32,405 bases of DNA. Source: Jimgerdemannia flammicorona (lineage: Eukaryota). Position numbers and translations under genes: made by a program. How positions within the stretch are numbered: position 1 is the first letter of the stretch; each line of letters starts with the position of its first letter. Location of the stretch: the NCBI GenBank assembly GCA_003990765.1, contig RBNJ01000350.1, forward strand, positions 1 to 32,405, in the 5' to 3' direction. The notes under the pieces are model-generated. The model saw only the letters and a list, made by a program, of their open reading frames with translations, made no database searches and was not told the origin of the DNA. Of this stretch, positions 22,455 through 32,405 are shown in pieces.

Positions 22455-23060
22455 TAGGTTCTGAGAAATTCTGGCGAGTTTCCAGGATATTACTAAAAGC
22501 ACACCAGGAGTCAGAACAGACCAGAAGTATCCAGAAGTTAAAAGCTAGAAGTAGTCAGAAGTCAGAAGCCAGAAGACAAAAGTAATTTCTAGTATATCAT
22601 ATCCTAGGCATATAAGGAATTATTTGATATATTTCTGACATGAATGTTTGATATAATTTATTAAATACAGATTTCTAAACAATACTATTATTAAGAATAT
22701 AAAAATCCAATAAACACGGGAAAACATCACTTGTTCAGATGGTGGTATGATATATAATGTCATCTGGATCAATCACATCAGATATCAAGGACATCACTAT
22801 CTTACTGTTGGTCAGATCTGATACTATGACCATTCTTCAACAATTAAGCAGTACAAAACAAATACAACCCAAAACCCTGCCGATTACAGATAAGCACAGA
22901 GTGGTGGTGGTAATTAAGTATGAATGATGACCAAGTTCAGAAGGGTGACCAACCACTGTGAGGTACTCACGAAGTGATTCCAGCAGTTGACAGTAGAAGG
23001 GTTTCATATTGGTGGGGTGGTGGGCATCTCATCAGTACAGAAGAGGGACAAGTCGACGTC
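22455..23060. mobile_element. CpG-depleted DNA-transposon end relic with subterminal (Y)CAGAAG repeats
   Basis: Begins taggttctg. Clustered ccagaag/tcagaag/ctagaag units at 22510-22576 can be read as deaminated CCGGAAG. Very few CpG over ~600 bp. Confidence 0.45.
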
Positions 23061-23409
23061 ATGAAGCTGCTTATGGCCGAGTATGAGACAGCCAAAATGT
23101 CGCGTTTATCAAATGAATTTTGTCTTTAAAAGTTTCGTGGTACCATATATTATTAATACCGCTTGTTTCAATACAAACTCACTCCCCTCGTTGCATTTTA
23201 ATTACATCCACGTTACATCATGTTTAACTTTCCAGCCCGCTCTTCCAATATTTCCGGAATGTGAACCATTCACGGGTTAATCCGACATTTCTTCCTCCGA
23301 TGCTATCTTCGCGCGACGTGTCACATGGTCGCGTGATTGAAAATATGTGCATTACATCCACCCTTTGTGTTGAGATGGCACGTGATAGATTTCCCTGCAT
23401 TTCGGGCTC

Positions 23410-23610
23410 CGAACCGGACGAGTAAATGTGGACTGGACGAGCGAACATGGACTAGGCAGTGGACTGGGGAGCGATTGTGAGCTGGATTAACGAAAGTGGG
23501 CTGGACGGTGGACATAGATTTAGACGAGCGAACATGGACTGGACGAATGAGAACGGGGACTGCCGAACTGGAAGATGGACTGCCGAGCAAACGTAGTCTC
23601 GTGGACTGTT
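23410..23610. repeat. Degenerate TGGACT-based repeat tract
   Basis: Many tggact/ggact units and an exact 18-mer GACGAGCGAACATGGACT at 23436-23453 and 23523-23540. Confidence 0.7.
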
Positions 23611-24290
23611 CAAACCGGTGAAGCGCCTCTACCCGCTGAGCAGATCGCTTCCAAGGTGGCACTCTTCCCGTTCAATACCCCTCCAATTCCCGAGCCAAGA
23701 AGCTGTGGAACTTGCTGCATAACCACAAGAAAAACGGCACCACCTCCCACATTTTCGGCGATTTAATCTCGTTCGGAGTACTTAACCAATGATCCGACCG
23801 TAAGCTCTTTCCAGGGAATGTTCTTCTTCCAAAGGACGGCTAAATCCAACGCGATCAAGAGTGTACGTAAGGATTGTGAAATACTATGTTACCTGAAACC
23901 CATATCGTGGAGACTTAGCCAAGCGGCTGACGAGCTTTATATCAAAGTCGTGTATCAGTTCGCGCTTGAATCGGTGTGTTAGTTTTAATCACTCGGGAAC
24001 ATTTTCCATATATTATGACGTTTGAAAGCGACAGATAGACGAAGGACCAAAGCCGCAGGTCACCGTATTCCCACCGCAATTGTTCATTTGGATCACATGA
24101 CAAGTATACCTGGTTGTTGCCGTTATAATATCACAAGGCATAAAATGTACGACTAGGTACTCAATGGGTACCAGTTGAAATTTTGTGACGGTTATTGTCG
24201 GCAAGGCAGCAACTAATATATTATTAGTCTATAGAGTATATAACGCCGAAACGAAACGCGAATATAATTGTAAGCTTGAATGCTCAAAAT

Positions 24291-25032
24291 AGTTTCAACC
24301 CCATGATGTGAGAATAATAGCACTTCACTGCACTGCGGTCAGTGCCGAAAGTAACCGGGCTATTTCGAAAAGACATTTTCGGAATTTGAACCTTACATGT
24401 TTTATTTTTTCAATAAATACACTTGAAAGAGTCAATCTCCGTTTACTTGAATCAGCAATCTCTGAAGAATTATCGGCATATCTCTGACCTTCAAAATACA
24501 ATCAAATGGCCGATAAACGTACAGTTATTGTCTCCTTTCTCATAGAATTTGCTCAAATTTTTAAATGCGTCATGAATAGGCGATCCCAACACGCCATCTC
24601 TCTTTCTCCTAGCTCTTGCTGCTTTCCTTCTACAAACACCTTTACTTATGCCTTGTACTATCACGGTATTTGTATGCGCCTCTCCAGGATTACTATTTGT
24701 CACCTCAATAGTCCACCAAAATTCCAGATCTGGCGCCCTCCGAACACTCGCTCGACGTGGGGACGAGCCTAGCTGCCACATCAGTCCCGCCGGATGCTGG
24801 TTCGAATGCAGAGCTTTATTTGCAACCCACGCATGGTGATGCCACCACGGCATTGCCGCAGATAGAAGAATCTCTGCTGGACTACTTATTTTCGACAGAT
24901 TTTGCCCCTCTTGAAGAACAGCTCGACGAAAATGGAATGATAGAATTTGTCAGAGTGGTGTGTCGCCCTCAAAGCCTTTTAAACGGCTCACTTCTGGTGG
25001 CTGAATATCCCTTGGAGTCCGCTGAAATATTG
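24291..25032 (+). repeat. Left arm of a diverged ~750-bp inverted duplication
   Basis: Collinear with the reverse complement of 29192-29973. Shared blocks include catgatRtgagaa, tttacttgaa, ttccttctacaaa, attccaRatctggcgcc, cgagcctagctgc, ccgccggatgctg and gtccgctgRaatat. Confidence 0.85.
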
Positions 25033-25077
25033 GGTATGCCTTGTCAGGGATATTGCTCCCGGGCATCCCGTGGTTGA
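24674..25077 (+). pseudogene. Microprotein family copy B (disrupted)
   Basis: The ATG at 24674 is homologous to the copy C start but is followed by a 2-nt indel and an in-frame TAG at 24709-24711. Downstream IPDLAP..SLAA..VPPDA..SLLDYLFSTDFAPLEEQLDENGMIEFV is retained. Confidence 0.65.
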
Positions 25078-25900
25078 ATCCATTTATCTAAAGAGCATAA
25101 ATGCAAGGTCATGACATCGTCCTTTTTAATACGTTTGCCGCAATTCGCTTTGAGAAGGTTTGTTCCATCAAATATGTGTGTTGATTTCGGAAGGAAACCC
25201 CAAGTATACGGCGTAAATGTCAAACCGTTTAAATTCCTTTCCATCGAGCTCAATGTCCAATTCACACAGATTGCTGTAAACCTTTGTCCCGGGGACGGAG
25301 AGCCATGCTGTCTGCCTTGTCTGTTTAGAAGCCTGCGGTGAAGGCTCTACAACCTGGTAATCTGAAACCATCACTTCAGAACCGCTTTCGATCGATCCTA
25401 CTGGAGACTGACATTTTGGCGCGCTTTTTCGCGACATGCGAAGGGATTCCCTTAGGGAATATGGTGTTCTTAAAGACATGGTGGCAAATCGTCATGTAGT
25501 GTGGAGAGGTCGCCGTAAATGTGTCGACTGCCTCCGCAAGGTTGCGGGCCGGCGAGCTTGAGGTCAAAGTGGCTCATAATTTTGAGCAGCAAGGCGCGCA
25601 ACGCACCATCTCCCAGTCGGACCGTGCCGTTGCACCCCGTCACTATATCGCAAAACAGCACGGCGTTTTGAAGCTGACAATGCGTTTTCGTTGCGTCCTC
25701 AGACAAAACACAGCAACAGGTCGTGCTCAGACGTGGCAAGGGTTGCTGCCTCGGTGAATAGTAGCTCGAGGGCCTCCTTGGAGAGGTCGGCCAACTCGCC
25801 AATGGTGAGTTTGTGAGTGCGGAAGGTTTAGGAGTGCATCGTAGAAGGCTTTGTTGGCTTCGCGCCAGGGGACGACAGCGACGGCTTTATTGAGAAGCAC
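25044..25900 (-). pseudogene. Frameshifted gene relic with a BTB-associated BACK-like segment
   Basis: 25812-25699 reads KLTIGELADLSKEALELLFTEAATLATSEHDLLLCFV*, resembling the BACK pattern LSxxxLxxLL...SExxL...W. It is followed in other frames by ALRALLLKIMSHFDLKL and further coding-like fragments down to 25044. Confidence 0.4.
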
Positions 25901-26061
25901 CAAAATCAGCGAGGTCGTTCACGTGCTAACACCATCTCCATGAGCTTGGGGAGGAGGCAAAAGCTTGTTGTACGGTATGTCCTTACCGCAAGGAAATTTC
26001 GACTATATATTCGATGACAATAAATCCGAGAATGATGTTGTGTACCGCGGAGGTGATATCG

Positions 26062-26542
26062 TTGAAGACAATACAAAGAGAGGAACCTTCTCAGGTTTTA
26101 CATACAGCATTGCCTTGAAGATGGGGTATATTTAAATGTCTGTCATATAAATCAATTCCAATAAAAAGTGTTACAAACCTTACAATGGACTAAGTATGGC
26201 AAATTAATTAGATAGACTGAGATAATAGAGTTTGAAACATACTCTACTCCTGGTATTTTTTATTTTTATTTTTATAACTATTTAAATATATATTTGATAA
26301 AATAAGTACAATTAATATAATAATATATATATAATTTATAGTTTAGCTCTATTATTTACTTTATAGCTTAGTTTTACCTATATATCTCTAAATAATAAGT
26401 TTAAAATAGATATTTTTTATGCTCTAGCTATATAATTTAAGACTAATTATAATATTATATTACAAATCTTTCTTACTTAATTTTTTTTTTATCTTTTATT
26501 ATATAATATAAGTAGTTTATTATATAATTTCTCTAAATTACT

Positions 26543-26580
<38 letters not shown>

Positions 26581-27266
26581 AAATTATATATAAGGTTTTA
26601 TTTAATTTGAAGAGTATTATTAACTTAAAGTAATAGATTTTAATTATTATTATTATTAATAGAATTTACTCTTAGATCTTTTAAAAGCTAGTTTTAACTT
26701 CTTTAGATATTATTGCTTATTAATTTAAGTTTAGCTTTTTGTTTTTTTCTTTTTAATAGTAGTTTACTATAATATTTATAATATAAAAGAAAGAGAGAAT
26801 TTAATAATTCTAGTATAAAATATTAATTTTTTTAAAAATATAAATTTAGTTTATATTAATTTATAAAGATATATTATATTATATCTAAAATAGTTAAGAT
26901 CTTATATAGAAAGTTACAATAGTTGATTTAATACTCATTTAGTTAAATAGTTGAGCTGATAATAGTTAATTCTAGTACTTTAATTAAATCAAATTGAAAA
27001 ATCCTCAATTTATTTAAGAGTAGTAGTTAATTCTTCTATCAGCTATTATTATATACATATAGATATAATCTAATTTTATCTCAATTTATCTAAATTCAGT
27101 AATGAGTCTCTAATAAAGTTTCTGCCATGATGAGTGTTATGTACTATATCTCTATTAATAAGATTTAGTACTGTCAACCTCAATCTTTAATTAGTTTACA
27201 ATGCTTGATCTGTTGGATTTTTAAAATACCATATGAATCAGGCATCATAAAAAATGAGCAACCCTA
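26062..27266. mobile_element. Extremely AT-rich, CpG-free transposon relic ending in a hAT-like terminus
   Basis: No CpG found by eye from 26062 to 27306, and the core is TpA-rich. The right end caacccta (27259-27266) reads TAGGGTTG on the minus strand. Confidence 0.6.
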
Positions 27267-28619
27267 CTAGTCTATATAAAGAACAAATCTTGAAGCCAGT
27301 ACAGCACGGCATGTGCCTAGCTTGACATCGCTAGCACACTTCGTGGGAGGTTGGGTCCTTCCAGGCGGAGGCGGTGTTGAGATTAATGCCACTGTCGCAT
27401 TGGGCGACTAAAGGGAAGATTGGTGCTGTGAAAGTGTACATCGATGCTACTTACGAGGTGTTGGACGTCCTTTCCAGTGAATTTGCCAAACCATCGCCGG
27501 AAGGAGGTAAGGGCACTGGCTAATTTGTCATTATGTTTGCCATCGTTTTCGTCTCAGAAGATTCTACACACGTACTTGGCAAAATCCAACAGCCGTACAC
27601 TCGATATCATGTGTTTTTGCGAACCGAACAAAGCCAATATCTAACAGTTATGGAGATTGTTCCTATAAACCAAGTTGCAGAACTTTTGTACTGCAACGCT
27701 CCTTGATATGTATATACTCTCAATTAACGTGTCCTTTGAATTGTTGTCATACCGAACTCGGACACAAACTTAATCCGACTGACCAAAGTAATTCAGAAAA
27801 TGTAGATATATGCAATCGAAGCGTAGTCCCATAAAAATAAAGTGACGTGTGCTAATGTGTTCTTTTAATTTTTGCACACAGATTCATACAAAACTCTATT
27901 TTGTGTTGTTGACTTCTGTGCAATGTACCCATTGCTTCCACACCATATTTGCGACCTCGTCAGGTTAGCGGCCTACTCCGATCGCACCGTTCTCATGAAG
28001 ACTTATTGTGTTTGTGTCGTTTGTCCCACGATTTGGGGGGGGGTGGGGGGGATCGACACCATATGGCTTCATGTCTCGTTGCACAAGCACACAGGATCCA
28101 CGTGCAACTCTCCCACCTTAAAAAAAAATAAAATGAGTGAATATTTACTATTTCCAGCAAGCAAACTGCAACCGTTATACAGTTATTAATAATTACGGTT
28201 TTTTTCCTTGGCGTATTATTTTACCCCCCCCCCTCCGCTAGCGTATATTCCGAAAGCCCCCATTGTCGTTTACTCATAATTCTAAGTTGTGAATATCCAT
28301 TTTGTGTGATCGTAATTGATATTTCGCAGTTAAAAAAAAAAAAAAAAGTTCCCATAATCAAAAATCTTGCCGAATCCTTCGAGCTAACGTATGTGTCATG
28401 CTGGAAACTAGGTGCTAACGAAGGGCTCTACCATATGTTTCGATTTGTTAGCATCTGAAGGTTATTGCACAAATTATCTTTTCAGGACTCTCTCAGCCGG
28501 ATAAACAACTACAGGCTCGTCATGTTATGCCATTGAAAATGTGTATCAAGCATACCAAATATACCCTAAGATGGTTTACGTATTTCTGCGTTACGTCCAC
28601 TAGGATAAATAACATATTA

Positions 28620-29112
28620 AATGGGATGTCGGCGGCACGGGTGATACGGGCTTTGTGATGACAACAATGATGTCAAGATGGCCGTGGCTGAACGGAGATC
28701 TGATTAATTTGGAAAGATGGCTCGTGGAAGCATGTTTTAAAAGTTAGTAGGGAGCTCTTGAACGTGAGCAAAAATGAAATGATGATTATTTTTCACGTCC
28801 ACATACTACTCTTTGGCCAAGATATTTACCCGTATTTGTCTGCAGATGATTCCTAAGATGACCGTTCGTGGGAGGCAACACAAGACAACTCGCGATACCT
28901 AAATCGGTAAGAAAAGGGCCCAAGAAGCACGCCAAATTCACACGTTGACAACTTGCATGATTTACGTTGCTTTCATTTCTATCATATGTTTGCCATTTAT
29001 ATGGATGTATGTCTACGCATAGTTGAACTATAGCAATAACAATCACAATGAGGATAAAAGTAGAAGACAGAAATAAGAGCTGAAAGTTCATACTAGTGAT
29101 TGTCATAGTCAA
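28620..29112 (-). pseudogene. Possible decayed type II membrane protein, sulfotransferase-like
   Basis: N-terminal hydrophobic stretch FQLLFLSSTFILIVIVIAIV. Across a frameshift, RVVLCCLPRT + HLRNHLQTNTG resembles the LxSxPRSGNxxLRxLLxxxTG PAPS-binding loop. Weak. Confidence 0.2.
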
Positions 29113-29191
29113 TTAATAAAATTTGATATCATATGAAAAAGGTCAACGTATAACTCGGCTTAGTGTTAGAACACATATTTTTTTTGATTCA

Positions 29192-29503
29192 TCACATATT
29201 CCAGCGGACATTTATCCACCAGTAGTAAACATTTTGAGGGGGGCGTGCTTCTTTGGCGAATTCCCTCATTCCCCTTCCGTTAAGTTCTGCTTCAAGGGCA
29301 GCAAAGTCTGCCGTAAACAGATACTCAAACAAATCCTTTTGCGGCGATGTTGCCATCACTTCCTGATGTTCTGCATTTGGGTCAGCATCCGGCGGAACTA
29401 ATTCAGCAGCTAGGCTCGACGCCACGCCGAGCCTGCGTTCGTTTGGCGCCAGATTTGGAATTGTGGATGGTCGAGGTGATAACCTGAAATCATGGAGGGG
29501 CAT
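29192..29503 (-). CDS. Microprotein family copy C, 103 aa, single exon
   Basis: Open frame MPLHDFRLSPRPSTIPNLAP...DLFEYLFTADFAALEAELNGRGMREFAKEARPPQNVYYWWINVRWNM*. Homologous to copy B in DNA and to copy A in the C-terminal motif. The start codon is inferred. Confidence 0.6.
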   Translation of the reverse strand: MPLHDFRLSPRPSTIPNLAPNERRLGVASSLAAELVPPDADPNAEHQEVMATSPQKDLFEYLFTADFAALEAELNGRGMREFAKEARPPQNVYYWWINVRWNM

Positions 29504-29973
29504 ACGGATACCACGATTGCATAAGGCATAAATAAAGCATTTGTAGAAGGAATGCGCCAAGAGGTAGGAGAGGAGGCAAGACATGGGGGTCGGAATCGCC
29601 CATGAATGTTGCGTTTGCAAAGTCGTCGAGGACACCCACCTTATCCCACGTATCCCATAGAAGGGAGACAATATACGTTAATCGACGGCTACACGATATA
29701 AGGCTGAAGATTGCTTTCGTCTGAGGTATTTGAAGTTACACAATCGTTTAATTGTATTGGGGGGAGGGGTAGTGAAATGAATAATTCTTTAGAGAGCTCC
29801 GCTGATTTAGAGGTTCAAGTAAATGATCGGTAGGTCAATTCATGTATTTATAGAATAAACACATAAGGTTCTCCTAGTCTTTGAATTTCGAAAACTCCTT
29901 TTCAATGGCTCAATTACTTTTGTTAGTGTCTGTAGTGTAGTAATTTGGTTCTCATATCATGCGAATTGAAATC
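29192..29973 (-). repeat. Right arm of the diverged ~750-bp inverted duplication
   Basis: The reverse complement is collinear with 24291-25032, including ~400 bp of non-coding upstream sequence. Confidence 0.85.
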
Positions 29974-32405
29974 GTTAACATGCGATAATTAACGACTTGG
30001 GGCTCGGGAGTAAACTTATGCAGTCCATGCAGTTGCCACATCCAAATCCTATCACGCTTACAAAATCAAACCCATTATATCCGCGTTTTGTTTCGGCGTT
30101 ATTAGCGGAGCCATACTCCAACAGAATAATAATAAATGAGAGACGCAGAAGCGTTCTTAAGAGCCGCAGAGGCAAGTCTTTGTCGACGTAATATTTACAC
30201 ACTATTATGGCAACAAGTCACGGCTTTGAACCTGCTGATAGAATCGACATCTCGTGGTATTTGATAAAGCCAGAAGTCCTCGGCTGCAACTTCATCCTTC
30301 TGGAGACCCGCCTTTAAACCATCGTATTCGGGAGGTTCCCGTACGCAATGATAAGGGAAAGATTATATAGACATTAAAAGCTAGCATATTCGATCGAATA
30401 GTACGAGAGCATTACAAATATTTCCTGCACAGCGCGTCATTCCAGTTATTTTATTTTTATTTATTTTTATTTATTTTTATTATTATAGATATCAATTGAT
30501 AATGTTTAAAAGGCGAAAGTGACCGAAAAGCTATTTGCATGTGCAATGTCTTCTCGATTTGTTGGTAAGAAACAGAAACTCTATACAATGGCCGAAAGAA
30601 CGAATTAGCGACTAACTGAAATAGTTCTTTCCAAGTCGTGTGTAGTCAATACCTGTTTCCGAGTATTTTTAGAAAATACTTATTCCTTCAAAACCATCCT
30701 TTCGAGCTTAAGGAATCTGATTAAGCGATGAATCGGTGATGACGAGGTGTCGGCTAAAACTTTCGTTAGTTACGGCCCAGAACTTTTGATAAGGTCCAAG
30801 CAAACTTGATGTTTCAAGGCAGATGTTTCAAAGCAAGTAAATGTGGGGGTAGTTGTTCGTATGCGAAATTCTCAATGACAGGAATTTCGCACGGGTAGAG
30901 GGTCCACAAGGCGTCGTACGAAATTTCCTGTTTGATCTTATCGTTCCGACTCCTTTGTTTGTCTCTTTTATCACTCCGGGTCGTTTGTCTCTTTTTATCG
31001 ATTCTGCACGTTGACAATGCATAAGATGTTCGGCGCCGACAGTGTTTTCACCTATGTTGTACAGTCTAGACAATCCAGAACTGTCGAAAGGTAATTTTCG
31101 TGCCCTCCTGCCGTTTCAATTTATTTATTTTTTCCTTCGTTCGTGTGCATTTTGCTCCCAGAAATATGTCAAAGCTTTTGATGCTGTATTGTCAGCCTCA
31201 ACGCTACGCCACAACATTGTTGGTTCGAAAAATCTATTAAATGTTTCAAACGAAGTCTAACAATAAGTAAATAAATAAAATGCAAGAATAATACAATTGG
31301 GGATTGCGGTTCATGTGAGGACTCGCCGTTAGTCATACTGTTTCCACACAACGGCATGCTTATTTGCTTTACGCCAATTATAGTGGGCCAGTCTTGTCAC
31401 GAAATAGCGATACCTATGTCTTGATTAATTAACAACAATAAACACATCATTGTAAAGCTTCTAATACTTCCTATTCATTTTGTACCGACTCAACAGATTT
31501 TTTCCGCGCACATATATCAAATGAGGATTTCCAATGAGGTTTCTGGCACGTGGGAAAGATGGATATTGGTTCCGATAATCAATATCTATCATCCTCATGA
31601 TGCCTTGGGAATTTTCGAAACGCTACGTTGCATATACGTACATGCTCCAGACCGGGTGACATCAGCCACTACCCCTTTTGGGATACGGTCGATGGATGCA
31701 TGGCACATGTCAACCCCAATGCATCTGTCTGACAGCCGCTGTCTACCCTTATACTCGACTACTATTGCCAGACCTTCGACACAAACAGGAGCACGATTTT
31801 ATTTTATTTATTTATTTATTTTATTCATTTATATATTTTTATTTATTTGGGCTCTTCCATATAAGGCTGCCCATGGTACTTTACATTTTCGCAAACATAC
31901 CAAATGGGTCATAATCTCAGAAGCCCAGAGCACGCCGGTTCCCAATGCTTCACTAACAGCTGACGTGAGCATGCGTTCCATATTTCAGCTCACCACCGAT
32001 GTTTGCCTCACTTGGTTCTTTTCGACAATTTCCTTGACCAACTCTTTGATTCCATATAATAGAGCTCGTGTTCTCAATGATCGACCTCCAGAGTGTCCTT
32101 TGTCCTTCTAGGAATCACAAGACTATTGCCATGTCCATCTGCTTAATAATCGGAATCGGGTGGGTGATAGGATTGTGCCATGCAAAACCACCACCATGGT
32201 TTCGTTCCGTGTATTCCCACACCAAAACTTCATTTCCAAAAAGCGTTGATGCTATAGATCAAGAAGTAATTCAAATTAAGGTTTGTAGCAATTATTATAG
32301 AAAGCACAAGATTCAATAACTCCATCGTAAACAAATAGGTGCTTTAAATCTAACCAAAATTAATAATCAAGGTAATCGACGAGCTGTAAAGCAAGAATTA
32401 AAAAA

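Noticed and set aside
24590..24839. Alternative reading of copies B and C as secreted peptides (LFLLALAAFLLQ / LLPLGAFLLQ upstream)
   Set aside because: The hydrophobic frame does not connect to the conserved motif frame in either copy without different frameshifts, and copy A lacks it. It is not fully excluded for the ancestral gene.
30600..32405. Minus-strand coding-like fragments (KFLVWEYTERNHGGGFA…, SIDRIPKG…, YDALWTLYPCEIP…), possibly a decayed fucosyltransferase-like gene
   Set aside because: Too fragmented, with stops in every frame; the family cannot be supported without a frameshift-aware search.

Overview
Eukaryotic, fungal DNA with short GT-AG introns, long homopolymer tracts and CpG-stripped repeat relics. 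The gene content suggests an early-diverging fungus (Mucoromycota, possibly Endogonales-like); this is inference. Spliced models were built by hand and checked for frame. Five genes are well supported: an intronless 7TM/GPCR-like protein (1018-1824 +), a secreted GH28 polygalacturonase (8420-9857 +), an ALO/GULO-family FAD lactone oxidase (11771-13742 +), a GT15 KRE2/KTR-family mannosyltransferase with altered catalytic motifs (15188-17106 -), and a class I SAM methyltransferase (18783-20250 -). The most novel signal is not visible as such in the ORF track: three dispersed copies of a ~105-aa microprotein family sharing an ungapped C-terminal motif (4820-5230 -, 24674-25077 + disrupted, 29192-29503 -). 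Two of these copies form ~750-bp inverted arms around a 4.2-kb interior of decayed genes and a 1.25-kb CpG-free transposon relic. The window also holds a probable spliced 46-aa Lys-rich micropeptide, a MITE and several pseudogene fragments. No CRISPR array, rRNA or intact tRNA was found.
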